From Octopus vulgaris (Eukaryota), in the NCBI GenBank assembly GCA_951406725.2, contig OX597828.1, positions 25,048,001 through 25,112,000 of the forward strand: DNA of 64,000 bases. The letters run 5' to 3'. A program made the position numbers and the translations under genes. Within the stretch, counting starts at the first letter, position 1. Every line of letters starts with the position of its first letter. The notes beneath the pieces are model-generated. The model was not told the DNA's origin. It was given only the letters and a program-made list of their open reading frames with translations, and did not search any database. Positions 37,561 through 50,673 of the stretch are shown here, piece after piece.

Positions 37561-37861
37561 CATTATATATATATATATACATATGCATACATATATATAT
37601 ATATATATACACAATTATTGTTGTTATTATTATTATCATTATTATTACTCTGTGTGTGTGTGCTCGTTTACTATTTTCAACCAGTGGACTTTCCCTATGC
37701 TGGTCAGTCAAACAAATCTACTCCAGTACTTGTTTTAAATCTAGCACATTTTGTTTAATTCTTGTGTCGAACCGCTAAGTCATGAGGGTATAAACAAACC
37801 AGCATCGGTTGTCAAGTGTTGGGAGGACACACACAAACACACACACACTGATACACATATA

Positions 37862-38756
37862 CGAGGTCTGATCAATAAGTATCCGGGCTGTTGCCATAGT
37901 AACGAAGCTAAAGCACGCAGAGTAAAGCTGCTAGGCAAAAGTTGACTTTAGAGTCTATTGTGCATGCGCACTAAGTTTTAACGTTCTAGTTCACTTCCGC
38001 TGTTTACAGCAGTGCTTGGAAGGGAGGTGTGTAGCATGTGGTCGTCGCATTGACCATGGCAGAGAAAGTTGCTATGGTGATAACTGCTCAGAAGCGTACG
38101 CAAAGTTGCTGAAAGTGTATGGAGAGGAGTGTATGACCCGCACACAAGTGTACGAGTGGTTCAGACGTCTCCAAGATGGCTGAAAAAAGGTCGATATTGA
38201 CGAACGTTTCAGGAGACCCGAAACCAGCAGAACTGAGAAAAACGTCGCAGATGTGCGTGCAGCTGTGAGAGGAAATCGTCGGATCACCATCCGTTAGTTA
38301 TCAGAGGATGTGCAAGTTGGTTACGGTTCAATTCAGTCCATTATCACTGAAGATTTGGGTATGAGACCCATGTCTGCCAAGTTTGTGCCAAAACTGCTTT
38401 CAGCTGACCAAAAAGACACTCGGGTTTCAGTTGCACAAGATCTCCTTGATTCTGTCGAGAACGATGAAAACTTTTTGAAAATATTGCGTAGACCGCTGAG
38501 CAGGAATCGCCAAGCTTTTAGCAAAATTTGATGCATATTCTCTGCTCAACTGTCTCTGTCATGGTCAATGCGACGATCATACGCTACACACGTTCTTTCC
38601 AAGCACTGCTGTAGATAGGGAAAGTGAGTTAGAACGTTAAATCTCAATACGCATGCACAGCAGAGTTTAAGGTCAATCTGTGCCAAGCGGCTTCACTTTG
38701 CGTGTTTCATCTTCGTTACTATGGCAACAGTCCGGATACTTATTGATCAGACCACG
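37862..38756 (+). mobile_element. Mariner-derived non-autonomous element with ~200-bp inverted ends
   Basis: TA-CGAGGTCTGATCAATAAGTATCCGG ... CCGGATACTTATTGATCAGACCACG-TA; interior encodes decayed transposase N-terminus (VYEWFRR, R(F)GRP-like, SAKFVPKLL). Confidence 0.9.
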
Positions 38757-39474
38757 TATAATCATATATATTAAGCATTAATTGAACATGATTGACAGTA
38801 ACATTTTTCCTCTGTCCCCATACTCATGAATAAACATGTTCAACCTCATAAACATAGGGTGAAAGAGAGACTAAAGAGATGGAGAAAGAACGAGAGAAAC
38901 GTGAAAACATCTCGTGTCAAGTAAGTCAGCGTTGAATCCTCGACGCCATATCTGGGGCATCACTCTGTCTCACATCCCTCACATCTCAAAGTTATCACCC
39001 AACACTGCATTCTGTCATTTTCAAATGTTCCAGCGTTCTCAATGCTTATCTCCCTTTACTGACTATTACCCGCTTCCATAACTTATCCAGTTTTCAAATG
39101 GTTTAGGTTTCTCGTTGATCATCTCCCCTCCTTGACTGCTGCCCAGCGCACGTTTCGCCCAGTAGATTCCCCTCTCTTATTTCTCCATTCTTTTTCTCTC
39201 CTTCTCCCTCTCCATCTCTCTATATCTATCTATCTCTTTCTAATATTGATGATGTAATCTAAGCCGAAACGTTTATATCTTCTTCGTTCTCGTGGCAAAC
39301 CAGTCTTCAATACGTATTTACACTCAAATTATTTTTTTCGTTTTTACGTTGCTAGTATAATAACTTCCAAAAGTCAAAATTCTCAGCTATTAAAAAGAGA
39401 ACTCTGCATTAATGCCATTTATTTCTAAGTTTATCTCTACAGATTTTTTTATAGATTTCAGTGCTGGCTCATTG

Positions 39475-39808
39475 CAGTTCAGATCTCACTGCATATGAAT
39501 TTGACCTGTGGGGTTACACAATAGATAAAGTGTACAAGACAAAACCACGCACCCTGGAGGACTTGGAGACACGGATTCAGGAAGTTCTCAATGATGTCCC
39601 AGACGACGCCCTTCAGAAGGTTGCTCATTCTACCCTTGGCCGTTTGAGGAAACTAGTTGACGCCACCGTTGCTTACGGTAAGATATGAAAATTTACTTTC
39701 CTTTTCCCATGTAATAAAGAACGTGTATTATTTGTTTCAATAAATTTGTAAAAAGAATATAGCTTTTATTACCAATTTTTAATGCCTACTTACTTTTCGC
39801 CCACCCCG
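39475..39808 (+). mobile_element. 3' fragment of a Tc1/mariner (rosa/DD41D-like) element
   Basis: DLT..FDLWG..KVYKTKPRTLEDLETRI; same 3' end and TIR as 44564-45391. Confidence 0.75.
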
Positions 39809-40775
39809 TATATTATGGTTGCAAAACGAAATATGTTGTTCCCACTACGAATTAATGGCGTTTAATACGTTTACATATTCGTTTCGTTTACTCGGAAGAC
39901 CCATGTTTATTTTTAGTAATTTCCCTTAGTATTTTGGGGCATTTTTTATCAATCCAGTTGATATACCTACCTATAATAAAAGATCGCCCAATGAAACTGT
40001 CCAAGATTAGATATCCGTTTTTTTTTGTTGTTTTTTTTACATCTTGTTGAGATGTTGTTGAGAATTTCGCTTCGCAATTACATGGTATCGGGTTCGGTCC
40101 CACTGCGCGGCAACTTAAGATAATGGCGTTTCTTTGTGATAGTCTCGGGACTAGCAGAGACCTGTGATTGGATTTGGTTGGCGGAAACTGAAAAAAAAGA
40201 CGTGTGTGTGTGTGTCTGTGTGGTCATATTTGTGTATGTGCTTATTTATATCTGATATCGCTTGTACGAAACAACGGTGGTTGGTGTTCGTCCTGTCGAC
40301 AAAATTTCCGATCAGTTCATACAGTCGAAGCTATGCAGAGTAAATAATCCTTCACTTGGAAAACAAATAAGCGTTAGCATCAGAGAGAGCATCCGTCCGT
40401 AAAACAATACCTCAAACAACATAATTGTCCAATCATGGAATAAAAATAGACGTTTAACGAACAAATGATTACTAAATATTGGATGAGACATTCACACAAG
40501 AGAAATCGGTGGTAAAAACCATCATTATTTAGGAAGTATGCTCAAGCAAAAAGGATTCGTGAACCTCTCGAATGAGTTTTGGGGGACTGTAAATTATACA
40601 TTTAGGTTAGAAATGGATCAGAATGGAATCCTAAGATTGTGATAGTATTACCAAGTTGTGATTTGAATGCTCGGGGGAGAAAAGTTCCATTCTCTGTGTA
40701 GTCTTTCACCCACCTCATCCCCACCACCACCGCCGCCTCCACAATCCATCAGAAAATAAAAATGAAAAAAATATT

Positions 40776-40961
40776 ACAGTTCTATATTTAAGAGATGAGG
40801 AATTACGTACATTATTTACATTTGACGGATATTTCTCCTCATCTTATTTGCTGTTAACACAACGTTTCGGCTGGTAAACCCTCCAGGCTTCATCAGGTGT
40901 CTTGGGAAATTTCGAACCTTGGTTCTCATTCCTAAGGTATTTTTCGATGTTGCTATTATCA

Positions 40962-41003
<42 letters not shown>

Positions 41004-41476
41004 TCACTGCCAGTAATCGAACTCGGAATCTTTAGGTTCCTCTTAACCACTACGCCATATGCCCGTGGGCAATTATGGAGTGAATTTTTAGGGTTTATAA
41101 ATCTAATATTTTCTTATCTTGGCATTTGTGCTGCTTCACAACAACCTCCTAAGCAGACTGAGTGCATATGGGAACTGGTTATAAGGAAGGATAGGAAAAT
41201 ATTGGATTTATAAGCCCTAAAAATTCACTCCATAATTGCCCACGGGCGTGTGGCGTAGTGGCTAAGAGCACGGGCTACTAACCCCAAGATTCCGAGTTCG
41301 ATTCCAATAATAATAATAATAATAATAATAACATCGAAAATACCTTAGAAATGAGAACCCAGGTTCGAAATTTCCCCAAGGCACTTGATGAAGGCTGGAG
41401 GGCATATCAACCGAAACGTTGTGTTAACAACAAACAAGATGAGGGCAAATATCCGTCAAATGTAAATAATGTAAAT
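40776..41476. mobile_element. Head-to-head inverted element: tRNA-derived Pol III head + (AAT)n + hammerhead ribozyme on each arm, with TSD
   Basis: Arms ~40805-41120 / ~41188-41476; A box TGGCGTAGTGG 41251, B box GAGTTCGATTCC 41294; TSD AATGAAAAAA(A)TATT at 40761 and 41477. Confidence 0.85.
40856..40901 (-). ncRNA. Minimal type-I hammerhead ribozyme, canonical core
   Basis: gacac-CTGATGA-agcctgg-agggttta-ccagcc-GAAA-CG-TT-gtgtt; mirror copy at 41380-41425 on the plus strand (C3U). Confidence 0.75.
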
Positions 41477-41631
41477 AATGAAAAAATATTGACATACGTG
41501 GAGTAAAAGAGAAGGAAAGTATTGATATATTTGTTTGATCTTTTAACACTTTATTTATCTGTTTTTATTGATAATGAAACATCAAGAACAGACAAGAAAG
41601 AAAGTATCTAGTGTATGTATAAACTAAAAAC

Positions 41632-41665
<34 letters not shown>

Positions 41666-41666
<1 letters not shown>

Positions 41667-41900
41667 CCTTTCTGTTGGAAGCACAAGGCCTCAGATTTGG
41701 GGAAAGGATTAAGTCGGTTAGATTGACTCCAGTGCGTAACTGGTCCTAATTTTATTGACCCCCGAAAGGATGAAAGGCAGAGCTGACTTCGGCGGAATTT
41801 GAACTCAGTAACGTAACGGCAGACGAAATACCACTAAGTATTTCGCCCGGTGTGCCACGATTCTGCCAGCTCACCGCCTTAAATAATAATAATGATGATG

Positions 41901-41957
<57 letters not shown>

Positions 41958-43535
41958 GCCGTTCCAGTACTCAACTGGTACTTATTTTATTCGACCCTGA
42001 AAAGATGAAAAATAATATTAACCATAGCGGGATTTGAACTCAGAATTTAATGAAGAAATACCACAAGGTAGTTTTGTCTGGTGTGTTAACGATTCTGCCA
42101 CTAAGCTGTCTTAATGATAATCCTTTCTGCTATGAGCATAAGGCCTGAAATTTTGAGGTAGTGGATAGTCGATTACATCGATCCCAGTGCCTAACTGGTA
42201 CTTATTTTATCGACCCCCAAAGGATGAAAGGCAAAGTCGACCTCGGCGGAATTTGAACTCAGAACGTAAAGACGGACAAAATTACCGCTTAGTATTTTGC
42301 CCGGCGTACTAACGATTCTACCAGCTCACCGTTTTTGCTGCCTTAATAGTAACAATAATTCTTCCTAATTTTGGCATAAAGCCAACAGTCTGAGGGTTGG
42401 GGGTAAGTCAATAACACGGACCCCAGGATTTTACTGGTACTTATTTTATCGACCCTTCAAAGATGAAAGACGAAGTCGACCTTCACAAGAATTTTACTCA
42501 GAATATAAAGGACCAGAACAAATACCACAAGGCATGTTTCCTGAAGCTTTAACGATTCTGTCAGTTCATGGCCCTTTATGATTCCAGATTTTAGCGAAGG
42601 GCCAGCAATTCTGAAAGCAGGAGTTAATCAATTACATCAACCCCAGTACTCGGCTGGTACATTATGTTATCAAGCCTGCCTGGAGGGATAAATGATAAAT
42701 GTAAAGTTAAATTTGGAGCGATTTGAACTCAGAACGTACAGGGTCAGAGGAAAATACTGAATTCAAATGTTGGCACAAGGCCAGCAATTTCGGGGTTGGG
42801 GGCTAAGTCGATTACATCGACCCCAGTGCTCAACTGGTACTTATTTCATCGACCACCGAAAGGATGAAAGGCAAAGTCGACCTCGGCAGAATTTGAACAC
42901 GGAATGTAAAGACGGAAGAAATGCCGCTAAGCTTACTAACGATTCTGCCAGCTCGCCGTCTTGGTCAGAAGACATGTTGCAAGGCCCTTTACAAATTTTA
43001 GTTATCCAATTCCCTAAAAGACAGAAATTCAAATGACGCGGTGGGATTTCAGCTCAAAATGCCAAACACTGGATCAATTACCACAAGGTAGTTGTCCAAC
43101 AGTTTACTGACTCTGCCAACCCATTGTGTTCATAATAATGATAATAATATCATACATGGGCATACACAAAGCCTAAAATCTGGCAGGGGCAGGGATCAGT
43201 CAATGAAAATGATCCCCAGTTCATCACGGGTATTTACCAGAAGGAGAAAAAGGCAGATATGAAATTGGTGTGAATACAGAATAATAATAATAATTATTAT
43301 TATTATTATTATTATTATTATTGTTATTTCTATTCTAGGCACAAGGCCTTGAGAACTTTTAGGGAAAGGGGTAGTCGATTATATCAACTGCGTAACTGGT
43401 ACTTAATTCAACGACCCCCAAAAGGATGAAGGGCAAAGTTGACCTCGGCGGAATTTGAACTCAGAACGTAGCGACGGACAAAATGCCGCTAAGCATTTCC
43501 TCCGTGTGTTAACGATTCTGCCAGCTCGCCACCTT
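41666..43535 (-). mobile_element. Cluster of ~8 co-oriented family-B SINE copies and fragments, several separated by (TAA)n
   Basis: Repeated ...CTGGTACTTA..TTTATCGACCCC..AAAGGATGAAAGGCAAAGTCGACCTCGGCGGAATTTGAACTCAG blocks of differing divergence. Confidence 0.85.
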
Positions 43536-43578
43536 AATAATAATGATAATAATAATGATAATAATAATAATAATAATG

Positions 43579-43616
<38 letters not shown>

Positions 43617-43725
43617 CCGAAGTCTATATGTGCTGGAAAATATCTTTTGATGGGACAGGTAGATGAAAGTGGCAAATAAACGCCAAAAGAAGATTATGTA
43701 TATGTACAAATACATACGTACGTAC

Positions 43726-43777
<52 letters not shown>

Positions 43778-43932
43778 GGTGAGATTTGGTGTACAGAGAG
43801 GCTGTGGAAAATTAGGTGCCTATTGGTGTTAGTGGATTATCATATTCAAACACAGTGCCTTAGTTAATGAAACAGTTCTTGTTCTGTGTACTTAATTAGT
43901 AAATTTCAGTATATTATATGCAAAATATAAGA

Positions 43933-44024
<92 letters not shown>

Positions 44025-44203
44025 TGTATGTATGTATGTATGTATGTATGTATGTATATGTATGTATGTATGTATGCATACATATATGTATGCATGCATA
44101 TATGTATGTATATTTATAAATATATATATATATATATTATAGATATGTATATCATTTTAATATAATATATTATGTAAATTGATATATAAATTGGTATATA
44201 TAT

Positions 44204-44259
<56 letters not shown>

Positions 44260-44359
44260 CATGCATATATGTATGTATATTTGTAAATATAAATATATAC
44301 ATACTATAGATATGTATATCATTTTAATACAATATAATATGTAAATTGATATATAAATT

Positions 44360-44404
<45 letters not shown>

Positions 44405-44563
44405 AATATGATATGTATGCATAAATGTATGATATATGTATGTATGTATGTGTGTACGTATGTATATGTGTGTGTGCATAATATATAACATTGTATGTAT
44501 GTATTCATCGTGTAACTGTAATATATAATGTTATATATGTAACAAAGTGTAATGCGTAATATA

Positions 44564-45391
44564 CAGGGTGGGTGGAAAGTAACTAGACATTAGAAATTGC
44601 TTATATAATTTTTAGAATCACCGAAGTCATAAAGGAAACATTCTTTAAACAGATAACACTAATGGAGATTTCTTATTTTCATATTGTCTTATTTCTTAGT
44701 TTCCAGATGGTCCGTCGTATGGAATTCTATTGTTTTGGTTCAGAGATGGTGGCGTGCATGGAAATGTAAGCCTGCAACACTATGTCCAGAGACAATGAGA
44801 AGTCATGCAAAGCTGATGACCACAGGCTCTGTGAACGATGCAAGAAGTGGCCGTCCGACAATATCCCGATTAGTGAAGAACGTGGCGGCAACAGTGCAGG
44901 AAATGCTTAATCGTAGCCCGCTCGTGAAGGTGGACTAACAAGACACACAATACGTACGGTGTTGCATAAAGAATTGAATCTTCGTCCGTGGAAATCCCAT
45001 TACGTGCAGGAGCTAAAACCTGAAGACTGCGACCGCAGAAGTCCAGAACTTCAAGAAGTCCAGATCTCACTCCATGTGATTTTTACCTGATGGGGGTCAC
45101 ACAAAAGAGGAGGGGTACAAGACAAAACCTCGCACGCTTGAGGACTTGGAGACACGGATTCAGGAGGTCCTCAATGATATCCGAGACGACGCCCTTCAGA
45201 AGGTTGCTCATTCCATCCCTGGCCGTTTGAGGAAACTAGTTGATGCCACCGTTGCGTACGTTAAAATATGAAGATTTACTTTTATTTTTCCATGTAATAA
45301 AGAACGTGTATTATTTGTTTCAATAAATTTGTAAAAGGAATATAGATTTTATTACCAATTTTTAATGCCTACTTACTTTTCACCCACCATG
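44564..45391 (+). mobile_element. Internally deleted Tc1/mariner (rosa/DD41D-like) element
   Basis: TA-CAGGGTGGGTGGAAAGTAACTAGACATT TIR with matching right end; RSGRP and RSPDLTPCDF..G motifs. Confidence 0.8.
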
Positions 45392-45478
45392 TGTATATAA
45401 CATAATATTATATGTCATATGTATGATATATATGATATATATACTATATAAAACATATATAATATTCTCCTTAATAAT

Positions 45479-45527
<49 letters not shown>

Positions 45528-45818
45528 TATATGGAGTGGACTATTAGTTAAATTTAATACCAATATATTTGAAAGTACTAATTATGTTGTTACAACCATT
45601 GAACCACACATATATGAATGCGTATACGTGAATATTTATAGAATATGTGTATATATTTAATTCAAAATATACATACATGAAAACAAATACTGTCGAAGGA
45701 GAAGGAGAAAAGAAGAGGAGGACCTATGCAAATTAAAAATATGATTTATAAAAATAAATAGAATTTTATCAATAATTATATCGGTGGAATATCGGATACG
45801 GATCATACATATGCATAT

Positions 45819-45859
<41 letters not shown>

Positions 45860-46314
45860 TCACACGCACATGTTTGTGTGTGTGTGTGCGCGAGTGTGTG
45901 TGTAGTTGAGCTTTGGTAGAATCGTGCAAGTAAATTTTTATTGGCTGTACTAGGATAACTATTCTATTACCCCACCTACTATCAATTAAAAGTATCTAAG
46001 TCTGTTCCTAATATATTTCATTTATATATCAACACCTTTGATCACTGGTGTGTGTGTGTGTGTGTGTGTGTTAGTGTGTATACACTATGTTAGAATGTGT
46101 GTTTATCATATGGCCAATATATGTTTGTGATTGTGACAAGTGTGTGTTTATGAGGTTACGTTTCGTTTATGCATGTCTACTGTTTAAATGTATATTTATA
46201 CGTGTCTGTGTGTGTATATATATGTATATATTAATATTAATATTTCACTTAGACATAGCGAAACTAATAACCTGGTGTAGAACTCAATATATACATACAT
46301 ACATATACATATGT

Positions 46315-46386
<72 letters not shown>

Positions 46387-46533
46387 GCAAATTTCCTGCG
46401 TGGAAATACACCTCCTCTTTTGTTTTATATATATATATATATATAACTATATATATGTGTGTATGTATGTATGTATATTTCATTTGCATGCGTATGTGTT
46501 TGTGTTTGCTGGTACGGGTGAGTCCGCATGTTG

Positions 46534-46581
<48 letters not shown>

Positions 46582-46786
46582 TATGCATTGGAAAAGATAA
46601 TTTTTTTTTTATTTATTTATTTATTATATTGTTTCCCCATCACCGCCATAATTACTTCCCCTTCTCTCACCTGATAAGGTACAGGTAGAGATCAGAACTA
46701 TAATTAACTTCTAATTAATAGTAATCTAAATAGTAACTAAATTCAACCAATGATGAATTAACCCCAAAATAAAAATGGCGTCATCA

Positions 46787-46894
46787 TTAATACTGGAGTT
46801 TGAAGAGTGGGTTGTCTTCGTTGAGGATGTCCGTGACGTAGACCGCACGTCCGTTCGGTGCAACAGCAATGTCGTGGGGCATAGCTTTGTTGTT
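46787..46894 (-). CDS. PAL: PAL terminal exon (NNKAMPHDIAVAPNGRAVYVTDILNEDNPLFKLQY*)
   Basis: ttcttttccag acceptor, phase 0; MPHD metal-ligand motif; TAA followed by TGA TGA. Confidence 0.9.
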   Translation of the reverse strand, partial: NNKAMPHDIAVAPNGRAVYVTDILNEDNPLFKLQY

Positions 46895-47801
46895 CTGGAA
46901 AAGAAGAATAGCAGGAGACAAAAATTAAAGAATATCTTGGTTTTATTTTTCGTTTTGGGGTTTGCGGGTGTATGGGATAGGCAAGTATTCTGAGAAATTG
47001 TTGGTGGAGGGGGCAACAATATACGAGTTTGTGTATGAAGTGTGTTTGTTTGTTCCTTCTCGAGCCATGCTTGGCTCATAAGGGCCGGTTTCCCGGTTTC
47101 CTTGGCGTATTGGTTCCCCACCTGGACGGGACGCCGGTCCGTCGCAGGTGAGCTGCAAGATGCAGGAGGGGAGAGTAAGAGAAAGTTGTAGTGAAAGAGT
47201 CAGCAGAAGTTCGCCATTACCTTATGCCGGAGCCGCGTGAAGCTTAGGTGTTTCGCTCATAAACACACACACATCGCCCTGTCTGAGATTCGAACCCGAG
47301 ATCCCTCGACCGCGAGTCTGCTGCTCTAACCACTAGGCCTTGTGCCTCCACTCAAGTTTGTGTATATGTATGTATAAGTATATACATGTTTGTGTGTGTC
47401 TGTGTGTATCTGTGTGTGTCTATGTGTACATATATGTTTAATTAAGTGATCAATTAATTATAGTTGCAGAAATGGCTGTGTGGTAAGAAATTTGCTTCCC
47501 AACCACATGGTTCCGGGTTCAGTCCCACTGCGTAGCACCTTGAGCAGATGTCTTCTACTATAGCCCTGACTGCAGTCCTGTAACCCTTTGGTCAGCCTTC
47601 GACTGACGAAAAGTTTTGTCTCGTGACAGGATTTGGTAGTCGGGAACTGAAAGAAGTGTGTGTGCGTGTGTGCATTAATGCTTTGTGATGACACTGAAGA
47701 ATCCTTATAGACTGTATAATTATTAGTATTGTTGTTGTGACTACAATTTAATTAATTAATGAATTGATTATTTAATTAATTAATCTCGTGATTAAACTCA
47801 C

Positions 47802-47908
47802 CATGTTTCTTCCGGTGTGCCAGGTAGCAATAACTTCACCGTTCAGTAAGCCGATGGTACTGCCAAAACCTCGTCCAGACAACATACTGGCCACGTAAAG
47901 GACATTCA
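47802..47908 (-). CDS. PAL: PAL exon (MNVLYVASMLSGRGFGSTIGLLNGEVIATWHTGRNM)
   Basis: ttccacag acceptor, gtgagt donor; phase 1->0. Confidence 0.85.
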
Positions 47909-48042
47909 CTGTGGAATAATATAGAAAGAGAAAGACAGAGCGTGATTGTTTGGAAGTAAGAGAAAGTGTATAAGAATCAGACAGATGGGGCAGAGAAGTC
48001 TGTGTTTCTAATAGTCTTTTTCTAATATTACATATTAAGCAT

Positions 48043-48381
48043 TGCAGCGTGGAAGGTGTTTATAAGCCATTTAAGAAACACACAAAAGCCGTTCGATTCA
48101 CTTCAACATTTAAGTTTAATTTGTCAAAATATTTTCGTCGCTAAAATCCGCGACCTATTCACTGACAAAAATCCGTGCTGCATCACGGATTTTTGTCAGT
48201 GAACAGGTCGCGGATTTTAGCGACGAAAATATTTTGACAAATTAAACTTAAATGTTGAAGTGAATCGAATGGCTTTTGTGTGTTTCTTAAATGGCTTACA
48301 AACACCTTCCACGCTGCAATTGTTTTCGTTTCAGCACACGATCTCAGATCAAATTACTTGCTATGCGAGTACATCTCCGTA
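48043..48381 (+). mobile_element. Young fold-back putative PLE element with 11-bp TSD and ~60-nt 3' tail
   Basis: Near-perfect palindrome 48043-48319 centred ~48180; ATATTAAGCAT at 48032 and 48382. Confidence 0.85.
48192..48241 (+). ncRNA. Hammerhead-like motif, G3-C8 swapped core
   Basis: tttgtca-GTGAACA-g-gtcgc-ggatttta-gcgac-GAAA-ATAT-TT-tgacaaa: 7-bp stem I, 5-bp stem II, palindromic stem III. Confidence 0.72.
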
Positions 48382-49779
48382 ATATTAAGCATAGTCATCA
48401 AAATACATTCATTATGAAATAGAAAGAGAAACAGAGAGGGGGAAAAGGAGGGAGAGAAACAGAGAAATATATAGAGAGAGAGCTTTTGCCAGACAGAGAG
48501 AGACAGAGAGAGACAGGTAGCGAGAAAGACAATGGGTTTGTGTGATATCCATTGGTATCATAATTTAAATATGAATTTATAAAATGCTGTTGAAGAAAGT
48601 GGGGTTATATAGAACTTCTAGTGGTCTTATTTTAAATTTGGGTTTATGAAATATGTTCCGGGTTCTTTGTTTGAATCAATGTTTTCAACCGTTTTTTTTA
48701 CATATGGACCCCTTTGGTTATTATTTTATTGGGGTGGGTCTTCATAAAAATTCGATGTTTAATGAATCCTATTATATTTATATAGTAGAGGCGCGTGGCT
48801 TAGTAGTTAGGGTGTCGGCATCATGATTGTAAGATTGTGGCTCCGATTCCTGGACCGGGCGACGCGTTGTGTTCTTGAGCAAAACACTTCATTTCACGTT
48901 GCTCCAGTCCACTCAGCTGGCAAAAATGAGTAACGCTGCGATGGACTGGCGTCTCGTCCAGCTGGGGAACACATACACCATAGAAACCGGGAAACCGGGC
49001 CCATAAGCCTGGCTAGGCTTTAAAAGGGCGCATTTATTTATTTATTATTATTATTATATTTACATAATTAAATATTATTAAGATTTGTATAAAAGAATTG
49101 TTTAAATCTTTTGTGTATTTTAGGAGTTATACCAATTTATTTTATATTAAATTTTAACAACACAACAAAATCTTATACGGAACCCCACAAGGGCCATATG
49201 AACCCTGGTTGACAACCACTGTTTTAAATTATGAAGCACTGTTAAGGCCATAGTCTGAATAGACTGGTGCAGGCCTCATGATCCTAATGCTGCCGGTTAA
49301 ATTCCTGGACTGAGCGAGTGATATGTCCTTACGCAAGTCACTTCATTTCACACTACTCCAGTTTACTCAGCTGAAACGAGTATCAGCTGAGTGACGGTGC
49401 ATCTCTTACCCTTTCCCTCTTGTAGTTACATCCTTGATATTCTCTTACATCAAAGAGCGAGTGAAAGCTTGTTTATACCCCCTTCTTGACTACATACGTT
49501 TCTAAAACAATTAGCAGAAGTACTTATGGTACTTGCTGCCAACTTACATTCACTTGCAAGTGACAGCTATACATTAGAGGACATGCTTTAAATATAGGTT
49601 TATGAAGTACCTGGGTGGGTTGAATGTAAGGTACACCAAGCTATAACACTTTTTTCTCTATTTTATGGAGTTGAAACCGGAACACTCTCTAAAGCTTGAG
49701 CTGAGAAGAGTTATGCATATATGATGATACAGCTGTGAAAGATTACGAATATCGCTCTGTTTGAGAAGATCAGGAACGA

Positions 49780-50000
49780 AGCGATCTCCCGGCATGCTGG
49801 TCTGCTTCCTACGATGGAAATCCTCATTGATAGAAATTTACATTGGTTGGGACCCCTTCATAGGATGGACTACAACAGACTCCCCCAGACAACTCTTTTA
49901 CTCCCAACGAAGCAAGGAGGAAAAGAAACCATGGAAGATTTCGTCGGAGACATAAAGACAGTGCAAAAGGGAATATCGGAATATGAAATGGAAAAGAATT
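49780..50000 (+). mobile_element. Decayed RTE-like LINE C-terminal fragment
   Basis: LHWLGPLHRMDYNRLP, then RQLFYSQ in another frame, resembling RTE LRWLGHVxRM..RLPKQLLY. Confidence 0.5.
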
Positions 50001-50105
50001 GATCACAATAAATGGCAAACTCAAAAGAAAAACCGAACAGCATGAATAAAGATTATCCAGTCATGCTAAGGCCTTGCCTAGTCATAGTCACGACAACTGA
50101 CTGCA

Positions 50106-50133
<28 letters not shown>

Positions 50134-50136
<3 letters not shown>

Positions 50137-50624
50137 TGTACATTGTTTTGTCTTGGTATAAAAGATGGGCTACAGCAACTATTCTGCTCAATACCACAGA
50201 TTTGCTTGTCAGTTGTTTGACCTTAACCAGTTGAGCATGTCCCTTAGTGGCTGACGATATGTGCATCTCTGATCACGAGCAGAAGTAGTGGGGGAGCATC
50301 ATAGCCATGTGTTGAGAGGGATTCTTTGGGGTTTGAATAGTTCACCTCTGGAAACATGGGTGGTTCTTTCAACATCATTAAGCAACCCTTATTCAGGGAC
50401 CGTTTGAGCGGGATGGGCTACTCAACCTGAAGAAAATTCTAACTGGGCCCCACCTGCAAGGTCATGCGCTGTTTATCTTGATATGAGATCGCCATGTCGC
50501 GCACATATGGTTGTGATGCATGTGCCTGGTGTACCCTTATCAGACGGGTAGTCATGATGGGTATATTGGGCTTCGTATATTTTACCCCAGTGTCACTTTG
50601 ATGGCATGAACTGCTCTCTCACTC

Positions 50625-50626
<2 letters not shown>
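50134..50626 (+). mobile_element. ~490-bp insertion in (TAA)n, probably a non-coding LINE 3' region
   Basis: Complex sequence bounded by (TAA)n on both sides; family not identified. Confidence 0.45.

Positions 50627-50673
<47 letters not shown>

Noticed and set aside
41244-41306. Functional tRNA gene
   Set aside because: No complete acceptor stem or poly-T terminator; embedded in a repeated element. The same applies to the SINE A/B/C heads.
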